Below are positions 8,216 to 14,027 of a stretch of 14,027 bases of DNA, piece by piece. The translations under genes and the position numbers were made by a program. Position 1 is the stretch's first letter; every line of letters starts with the position of its first letter. The stretch is from Marine Group I thaumarchaeote (GTDB taxonomy: Archaea > Thermoproteota > Nitrososphaeria > Nitrososphaerales > Nitrosopumilaceae): assembly GCA_044358425.1 (NCBI GenBank), contig CP054849.1, forward strand, positions 144,689 through 158,715. The letters run 5' to 3'. A model generated the notes under the pieces. The model made no database searches. It was not told where the DNA came from and saw only the letters and a list, made by a program, of their open reading frames with translations.

Positions 8216-9739
8216 TTATTGTGGCTCAATTGTTGCTGGTGGTTTACTTGAAATTGTATATGTCACCCATGTAACATCCTCAATTTCATTAGTAATTCTA
8301 TTACTCATTTTTTCTAATACTCCATGTGGCAGTCTAGTCCAATCAGCAGTCATTGCGTCAATAGAATCTACCACTCTAATCATAACTATGTTTCCATATT
8401 TTCTCTCATCTCCAACTACTCCTACAGCCTTATCGTCCCCAACTGCTGCATATGCCTGCCAAACTTTTGTATAGAATCCAGATTCCATTAACTCCTCTTC
8501 AACGATTTTACTAGCAATCTTTGAAATCTGTAGTTTTGTCTGAGTAATTTCTCCCATAATTCTAACTGATAATCCTGGACCTGGAAATGGATGTCTCATG
8601 AAAAGTTTTTCAGGAACACCTAAAATTTTAGCAATTTGTCTTACTTCATCTTTGTATAATTCTCTTAATGGTTCCAAAATTTCTAAATTTAACCAATCTG
8701 GTAATCCTCCAACATTATGATGCGATTTAATTACATCTGCTGGACCTTTTGAAACTCCACTTTCAATAACATCTGGATACAAAGTTCCTTGTGCTAACCA
8801 TTTGAATGGACCCTCTTTTTCAGCAAAATTTGTAAAAACATGAATAAATTCTTCACCTACAATTTTTCTTTTTAGTTCCGGATCTTCTACTCCTTTTAAT
8901 TTTTCAAGGAATTGATTTCCTGCATCAACTGATGTAAAATTCACTTTAAAATTATCTTTGAACATTTCTTCCACTTCTTTCTCTTCATTTAATCTTAACA
9001 AACCATTGTTGACAAAAACACACTTGAGTCTATCTCCAATGGCTTTGTCAATTAACAGTGCTACTACTGTAGAATCTATACCTCCACTAACACCACATAA
9101 TACATTTCCATCAATTTTTGAAATTTTTTCTATTGCTGAATCGATAAAACCTTCCATTGTCCATTCTTGTTTTGCTTTGCAAACTTTTAGAACAAAATTC
9201 TTGAGAATTTCAGTACCTTGTTCTGTGTGCACTACTTCTGGATGAAATTGAATTCCATATACTGATTTTTCATCTGATGCAATTGCTGCAGCTTTAGCCC
9301 CTTCAGTATGCCCAATAATTTTGAATCCTGATGGTATTTCTTCTGCTTCATCACCATGACTCATCCATGCACGAACCGATTCACCGATACCATTTAACAA
9401 ATCACTATCGTTATCTATTGTTAAAAGTGAAGAGCCATATTCTTTGTTGGCTCTTTTTACTTTACCTCCAAATTTATCTACAATTAATTGGTGTCCGTAA
9501 CAAATTCCTAAAAGTGGTAAATCCATCTCAAAAATTTTATTTTCTGGTACTGGAGCTTCTGAACTATAAACACTTGATGGCCCTCCTGAAAAAATTATTC
9601 CTTTTGGGTTGTGTTTTTGTATTTCTTCATAACTAATATCAAATGGTACTAATTCTGCATAAACAGAAAACTCTCTAATTCTTCTACAAATTAAATGACT
9701 ATACTGTGAACCAAAGTCTAAAACTAAAATTTTATCCAT
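8216..9739 (-). CDS. guaA: GMP synthase (glutamine-hydrolysing), fused GATase + ATPPase
   Basis: LDFGSQY, SGGPSSV, GICYGHQ, QFHPEV, SGGIDS, QGTLYPDVIES, IKSHHNVGGLP, RHPFPGPGL and KPPATIE. Confidence 0.98.
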   Translation of the reverse strand: MDKILVLDFGSQYSHLICRRIREFSVYAELVPFDISYEEIQKHNPKGIIFSGGPSSVYSSEAPVPENKIFEMDLPLLGICYGHQLIVDKFGGKVKRANKEYGSSLLTIDNDSDLLNGIGESVRAWMSHGDEAEEIPSGFKIIGHTEGAKAAAIASDEKSVYGIQFHPEVVHTEQGTEILKNFVLKVCKAKQEWTMEGFIDSAIEKISKIDGNVLCGVSGGIDSTVVALLIDKAIGDRLKCVFVNNGLLRLNEEKEVEEMFKDNFKVNFTSVDAGNQFLEKLKGVEDPELKRKIVGEEFIHVFTNFAEKEGPFKWLAQGTLYPDVIESGVSKGPADVIKSHHNVGGLPDWLNLEILEPLRELYKDEVRQIAKILGVPEKLFMRHPFPGPGLSVRIMGEITQTKLQISKIASKIVEEELMESGFYTKVWQAYAAVGDDKAVGVVGDERKYGNIVMIRVVDSIDAMTADWTRLPHGVLEKMSNRITNEIEDVTWVTYTISSKPPATIEPQ

Positions 9740-9743
9740 ACAA

Positions 9744-10328
9744 TCACTTACTAATATTTTCCAACATCCTAGTTAATGACCATCCTGCTGTATTGATTAA
9801 TTCTGTTACTCTTTGTTTTTCTCTATAATTTTTAATTATTATTTCTCTTATATCAGTCCCATTTTTATTAATAATATAATCAATAATTGATTCTTTTTGG
9901 ATTTTTCCATTTTCTGCTTCCAAAAAATCTTTTTTCTTCATCTCTCCAATTATTCTATCTAAAAAGAATGATTTGAAAGGTGGTGTATCTGCATTAATCA
10001 AAATTTGTTCATCTAAAATAATTGAAACTTGTTCTGGTGTCACATATGCATTGGCAATGATTTTTCCATCATTTCCTCTTTTAATTGGAATTGAATTTTC
10101 TACTGGTTTTGACTTTTCTACTGGATTTGGTATTTTGATCTCTTCTTTAGGCTCAATTTTTGTATCTAATTTAGATGCCTTAACAAAACTAGAATCTTTT
10201 AGAAATCCATCTAATACTACAATATTTTTTTCTAACATCTCTATTCCTTCCTGATGTTTATCCACTTGTCTCATTAGATCTTCTCTTAGAGCAACTATTT
10301 CTTTTACTTGTTCTTCAGAAAATTTCAT
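9744..10328 (-). CDS. Hypothetical protein (N-terminal coiled coil, Lys/Pro/Glu linker, globular C-terminal domain)
   Basis: 194-aa ORF filling the gap, with a TATA-like box upstream and its stop 4 nt before the guaA ATG. Confidence 0.8.
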   Translation of the reverse strand: MKFSEEQVKEIVALREDLMRQVDKHQEGIEMLEKNIVVLDGFLKDSSFVKASKLDTKIEPKEEIKIPNPVEKSKPVENSIPIKRGNDGKIIANAYVTPEQVSIILDEQILINADTPPFKSFFLDRIIGEMKKKDFLEAENGKIQKESIIDYIINKNGTDIREIIIKNYREKQRVTELINTAGWSLTRMLENISK

Positions 10329-10350
10329 AATCTAATTAATCAGTAATGGG

Positions 10351-10356
10351 TATAAA
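10351..10356 (-). promoter_or_regulatory. TATA box candidate for the hypothetical-guaA operon
   Basis: Minus-strand TTTATA 23-28 nt upstream of the ATG at 10328, the spacing expected for a leaderless archaeal transcript. Confidence 0.55.
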
Positions 10357-10362
10357 TGCATT

Positions 10363-11100
10363 CTAGGTAATTATGATATCCAAGTCTTTGTATGGTATTT
10401 TTTTAAATCCTTTAATTGGCATCGATGTAGTAAATAACTCTGAATTTGTGATCGATGATAACCAAATTAAAAGATCTTTGGCTATTTTCAATTTCTTTAA
10501 TTTTATTTTTCTGTCAGATTTTTTTGTATTAGAAAATTTACCTATTCGTGTTCCAAAATCCATTCCAAAAAGAATAATTTTTTTTGCATCAAAATAACTT
10601 GCTAAAAAAACACCTCTGTCTCCATCTGTAAATCCTCCGAAATTTTGAATTTTATTAAATGGTTCTGTTTGAGTTGTCCCAATACAATTTTTAATTTTTT
10701 TTACCATTTGCAATTTTTCAATATTGTCTCCATGTGCATGGACTACAAAAATTGATTTCTTCTTTGAAATTTTTTTGATAGCACTCTCATCTCCATCTAA
10801 ATCTGTTACAATGATGTCTGGAATTATCCCATTATCTATTAATGGTTTTAAAGAACTATCAGCTGCAATTTTTATAGATTTTTTAAATTTCTTTAATTCA
10901 GGGATTGCAAATGATAATGATGGTCCAGAACCTATAACAAACACTGTATTCCCTTGAATTAATTTTTCAACTTTTTCTATATTCTTTGTTTTTTTTAAAA
11001 TAGAGTCAAGTATTATGGTTGATTCCTTATCTTTTTTTTCAGAATATTTCAATTCTTTTAAAATTGATAGATATCTTGTTTTCCAACCTAAAATCATCAT
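10363..11100 (-). CDS. mptE: 6-hydroxymethyl-7,8-dihydropterin pyrophosphokinase MptE (DUF115)
   Basis: IGSGPSL, AADS, VTDLDG, VHAHGDN, NFGGFTDGDR and GMDF; divergent from folP. The ATG at 11100 (or 11097) is preferred over the TTG at 11109. Confidence 0.9.
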   Translation of the reverse strand: MMILGWKTRYLSILKELKYSEKKDKESTIILDSILKKTKNIEKVEKLIQGNTVFVIGSGPSLSFAIPELKKFKKSIKIAADSSLKPLIDNGIIPDIIVTDLDGDESAIKKISKKKSIFVVHAHGDNIEKLQMVKKIKNCIGTTQTEPFNKIQNFGGFTDGDRGVFLASYFDAKKIILFGMDFGTRIGKFSNTKKSDRKIKLKKLKIAKDLLIWLSSITNSELFTTSMPIKGFKKIPYKDLDIIIT

Positions 11101-11134
11101 ATAACTCAAATTGTATGAGGTTTTGATAAACTAT
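11101..11134. promoter_or_regulatory. 34-bp divergent promoter region mptE/folP
   Basis: Minus-strand TTTATC at 11130-11125 is 25-30 nt before the mptE ATG; plus-strand TATAAC at 11100-11105 is 30-35 nt before the folP ATG. Confidence 0.45.
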
Positions 11135-11986
11135 ATGGCAAAAATTGCAAATATTTCTGTTGGAGGACAAAACCCTGTTAGAATAATGGGAATTTTGAAC
11201 ACTAGTCCTGAATCATTTTATAAAAAATCCATTAATACTACTCGTTCAAAAATCAAAAATGCTGTTATTCAAATGGAAAATGACGGTGCAGATTTTATTG
11301 ATGTAGGTGGAATGTCCACAGCACCTTATTTGTCAACCATGATTTCTGAAAAAGTAGAATCTAAAAGAGTTCTTGATGCAATTAAAATCATTCAAAATAC
11401 TACTAATCTTCCAATATCTGTCGATACTTGTAGATCTAGTGTAGCTAAAATTGCTTTAGAAAATGATGTCGAAATAATTAATGATATTTCAGGATTAAAA
11501 TACGACAAAAATATGAAAGATGTAATTTCCAAATTTCAACCTTCGTTAATTTTATGTGCATATGATTCAAAAATAATATTGGGAAATTCAATTAATTCGA
11601 CAAAAAAACTTCTTAAAAGTAGTTTAAAAATTGCAAAAGATTGTCATATACCAGATAAAAAAATTGTGCTAGATCCAGCAATTGGCTTTTTTAGAAAAAC
11701 AGGAAAAGGTAAATTTTTTACAAAAATTAAAACAGATTGGGTAGAAAGGGATATTTCTATTATTAAAAATCTTAATTCTTTTAAAATGAAATACCCTATT
11801 TTAATTTCAGTTTCAAATAAATCTCTAATTGGTAATCTTTTAGAAAAAGAAAATCCTTCTGATCGATTATTTGGATCTATTACTGCAGAAGCAATATGTG
11901 TTTTAAATGGAGCTAATATCATACGTACTCATAACGTAAAGGCTACTAGAGATGCCATAACAATAGCTACAAAATTATCAAAATAA
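11135..11986 (+). CDS. folP: Dihydropteroate synthase-like pterin-binding enzyme
   Basis: MGILN.SPESF, GADFIDVGG.ST.P, ISVDT, INDISG, LDPAIGF, SNKS and IRTHNV. The ATG at 11135 is preferred over the TTG at 11111. Confidence 0.9.
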   Translation: MAKIANISVGGQNPVRIMGILNTSPESFYKKSINTTRSKIKNAVIQMENDGADFIDVGGMSTAPYLSTMISEKVESKRVLDAIKIIQNTTNLPISVDTCRSSVAKIALENDVEIINDISGLKYDKNMKDVISKFQPSLILCAYDSKIILGNSINSTKKLLKSSLKIAKDCHIPDKKIVLDPAIGFFRKTGKGKFFTKIKTDWVERDISIIKNLNSFKMKYPILISVSNKSLIGNLLEKENPSDRLFGSITAEAICVLNGANIIRTHNVKATRDAITIATKLSK

Positions 11987-11988
11987 CG

Positions 11989-12002
11989 CAAAGGCTTATA
12001 AT
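11989..12002 (+). promoter_or_regulatory. BRE/TATA candidate upstream of the guaB-like gene
   Basis: CAAAGGCTTATAAT (purine-rich stretch followed by TTATAA) ending about 30 nt before the TTG start at 12032. Confidence 0.45.
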
Positions 12003-12031
12003 CAATTTTTAACTTTTGAAACAAGGTTTCA

Positions 12032-13462
12032 TTGGAATTTAAAGAAGGATTAACATTTGACGACGTTCTTCTTGTACCCAAATATTCAGATATTACTAGT
12101 AGAACTCAAACTAATCTAACCACTCAATTATCTCGAAATATCTCTCTAAACATACCATTTGTCAGTGCAAATATGGATACTGTAACTGAATCATCTATGG
12201 CAGTCGCTATTGCTCGTGCAGGTGGAATTGGAATTATTCACAGGTTTTTAACAATTGAAGAACAAGCCGATGAAGTTCTTAAAGTTAAACGATCTGGAAG
12301 TGTCATTATCGAGAATCCTTATTCGATAACTGGAGATAAAACAATTGAAGATGCATTAGATTATGCTGAAAATCAAGATATTTCTGGATTATTAGTTGTT
12401 GATGATAACTCAAAATTAATTGGTATTGTAACTGAAAGGGATTTACTATTTGCAAATTCTAAAAACCTTATTCAAGATGTAATGACTAAAGACGTAATCA
12501 CCGCAAAAGCTGGTGTATCAATTGATGATGCAAAAGAACTTTTACACAAACATAGAATTGAGAAATTACCTCTTATTGATGATTCAGGATTGGTAAAAGG
12601 TTTGATCACCAGTAAAGACATTACAAATAATGCTGATTATCCAAATGCATCAAAAGATAGTAAAGGTAGACCTTTGGTTGGAGCTGCAGTTGGAGTAAAA
12701 GGTGACTTTTTAGAAAGAAGTGAATCTCTTTTAGAAGCAGGAGCTGATACTTTGGTTGTTGATATTGCTCATGGTCATAGTGAAAATGCAATTAGTACTG
12801 TAAAACATATCAAAAAAGCATTTCCTGATTGTGAATTAATTGCAGGAAATATTGCAACTGCTCAAGGAGCTGAAGATTTAATGAAAGCAGGTGTTGATGC
12901 AGTAAAAGTTGGCGTTGGCTCAGGCTCAATTTGTATTACAAGAGTAATTACTGGTTCGGGAGTTCCACAATTGACTGCCGTAATGGATTGTGCAAAAATA
13001 GGACGTGATTATGGAATTCCAATTATTTCTGATGGAGGTACTAGGACATCTGGTGATGCTACAAAAGCATTAGCAGCTGGTGCTTCAACTGTTATGGTTG
13101 GAAGTATGTTAGGTGGAACTGACGAATCTCCAGGAACCGTCCTAACAAAGAATGGTAAGCGTTTCAAAGTATATCGTGGAATGGCATCTTTAGCAGCATC
13201 AATTGGAAGAAAATCTAAAGAAACAGGCTCTACATCATTTGATGATGATCTTAATGATTATGTTGCAGAAGGAGTTGAAGCTATGGTTCCATACAAAGGA
13301 ACTGTTGTTGATATTTTAAAACAATTAACTGGTGGCGTTCGCTCAGGTTTAAGTTATTGTGGTGCACATACAATTTCTCAAATGCAAACAAATGCAGAAT
13401 TTATCAAAATGTCAAGAGCTGGATTTGCAGAAAGTCAGCCTCATGATGTTTCTTTAATGTAG
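12032..13462 (+). CDS. guaB: IMPDH/GMP reductase family enzyme with a CBS pair (default call IMP dehydrogenase; motifs are GMPR-like)
   Basis: [19 protein letters not shown] pair, DIAHGHS, catalytic GSGSICITR (Cys301), DGG, YRGMAS and EGVE; TTG start. The family is certain, the reaction direction is not. Confidence 0.75.
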   Translation: MEFKEGLTFDDVLLVPKYSDITSRTQTNLTTQLSRNISLNIPFVSANMDTVTESSMAVAIARAGGIGIIHRFLTIEEQADEVLKVKRSGSVIIENPYSITGDKTIEDALDYAENQDISGLLVVDDNSKLIGIVTERDLLFANSKNLIQDVMTKDVITAKAGVSIDDAKELLHKHRIEKLPLIDDSGLVKGLITSKDITNNADYPNASKDSKGRPLVGAAVGVKGDFLERSESLLEAGADTLVVDIAHGHSENAISTVKHIKKAFPDCELIAGNIATAQGAEDLMKAGVDAVKVGVGSGSICITRVITGSGVPQLTAVMDCAKIGRDYGIPIISDGGTRTSGDATKALAAGASTVMVGSMLGGTDESPGTVLTKNGKRFKVYRGMASLAASIGRKSKETGSTSFDDDLNDYVAEGVEAMVPYKGTVVDILKQLTGGVRSGLSYCGAHTISQMQTNAEFIKMSRAGFAESQPHDVSLM

Positions 13463-13497
13463 ATAATTTTTTAAGCAGTAGATAAAGTCATTTTGTT

Positions 13498-13971
13498 ATG
13501 CTTGCAACAAGAACTCTCATTGGTATGATTGTAGGTGGTTTAATTATCGGGTTGGGAGGTTATTCTTTAGTTGATACTTTTGGTGCTTCAACAGTTTCTA
13601 TGAATGAAAATTTTGTAATTGGTTCTGGAGATAATGCTTCTTTTTCTATTCCTGCACCTAAAGATGCACCACAGTATATGAAAATAGTCGGTGATGCTTT
13701 TGATCTTAAACTTACTAGTCCTGGTGAAGGATTAACTATTCCAAATACATCTTACAAAAAAGAATTAGTTTTGGATTGGACTCACGTTACAGAAGGTCAA
13801 ACCATAATTGTAGTTCAAAATACGGGTGCAAGTGAATTAGAAATTATCGCAAATACTAATCAAACACCTAATCCATTTGGAATCACATTTGACTTTATGG
13901 TTATTACATCTGGAGTAATAATTCTTGGATTTAGTTTAGGTTTTACATTAATAAAACCAAAAGGTTTCTAG
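13498..13971 (+). CDS. Hypothetical membrane protein with N- and C-terminal TM helices
   Basis: Hydrophobic LIGMIVGGLIIGLGGYSLV and FMVITSGVIILGFSLGFTLI flank a roughly 100-aa beta-rich-looking soluble domain. Confidence 0.8.
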   Translation: MLATRTLIGMIVGGLIIGLGGYSLVDTFGASTVSMNENFVIGSGDNASFSIPAPKDAPQYMKIVGDAFDLKLTSPGEGLTIPNTSYKKELVLDWTHVTEGQTIIVVQNTGASELEIIANTNQTPNPFGITFDFMVITSGVIILGFSLGFTLIKPKGF

Positions 13972-14027
13972 TTTATTTTTGCAGAAGGATAAGAACCTAA
14001 AATTTTAATGAAAAGTGTTTCTTTTTT
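13968..14027 (-). CDS. pheA: C-terminus of prephenate dehydratase (partial, not in the ORF track)
   Basis: The minus strand reads KKETLFIKILGSYPSAKIN*. LGSYP is the characteristic end of the PheA ACT domain. Its stop overlaps the neighbour's stop in CTAG at 13968-13971. Confidence 0.8.
   Translation of the reverse strand, partial: KKETLFIKILGSYPSAKIN

Noticed and set aside
157-11922. Short antisense or nested ORFs in the track (157, 1621, 5053, 6223, 6469, 7011, 8958, 9331, 9973, 10373, 10724, 11644)
   Set aside because: All lie opposite well-supported genes and are explained by codon bias; there is no independent coding evidence.
1-14027. CRISPR array, tRNA/rRNA, cobalamin or purine riboswitch
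   Set aside because: The longest intergenic gap is 69 bp, AT-rich and without evident repeats or stable structure; the cob operon leader lies outside the window.

Overview
AT-rich, very densely coded archaeal window. Gene content and protein style point to a marine ammonia-oxidising archaeon (Nitrososphaerota/Thaumarchaeota, Nitrosopumilaceae-like); this is inferred from the proteins, not from a marker gene. Left to right: the end of a cobalamin operon (cobQ/cbiP partial, cbiB, cobS, cobY), convergent rpl44e-rps27e, an adenine-deaminase-family amidohydrolase, a thermosome subunit, a ROK kinase, a minus-strand run (mptE, hypothetical, guaA, small Roadblock-like protein, DUF2024-like protein), a divergent folP-like gene, an IMPDH/GMPR-family enzyme with CBS domains, a two-TM membrane protein and the last 20 codons of pheA. 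I see no mobile element, CRISPR array or RNA gene. The interesting signal is that four routinely annotated enzymes deviate from their family at functional positions: the 'guaB' has GMP-reductase-type motifs and no Arg-Tyr flap dyad, CobQ lacks its glutaminase domain, the 'adenine deaminase' has altered substrate-pocket motifs, and FolP has altered acceptor-binding loops. Reference motifs are recalled from memory and need alignment to confirm.
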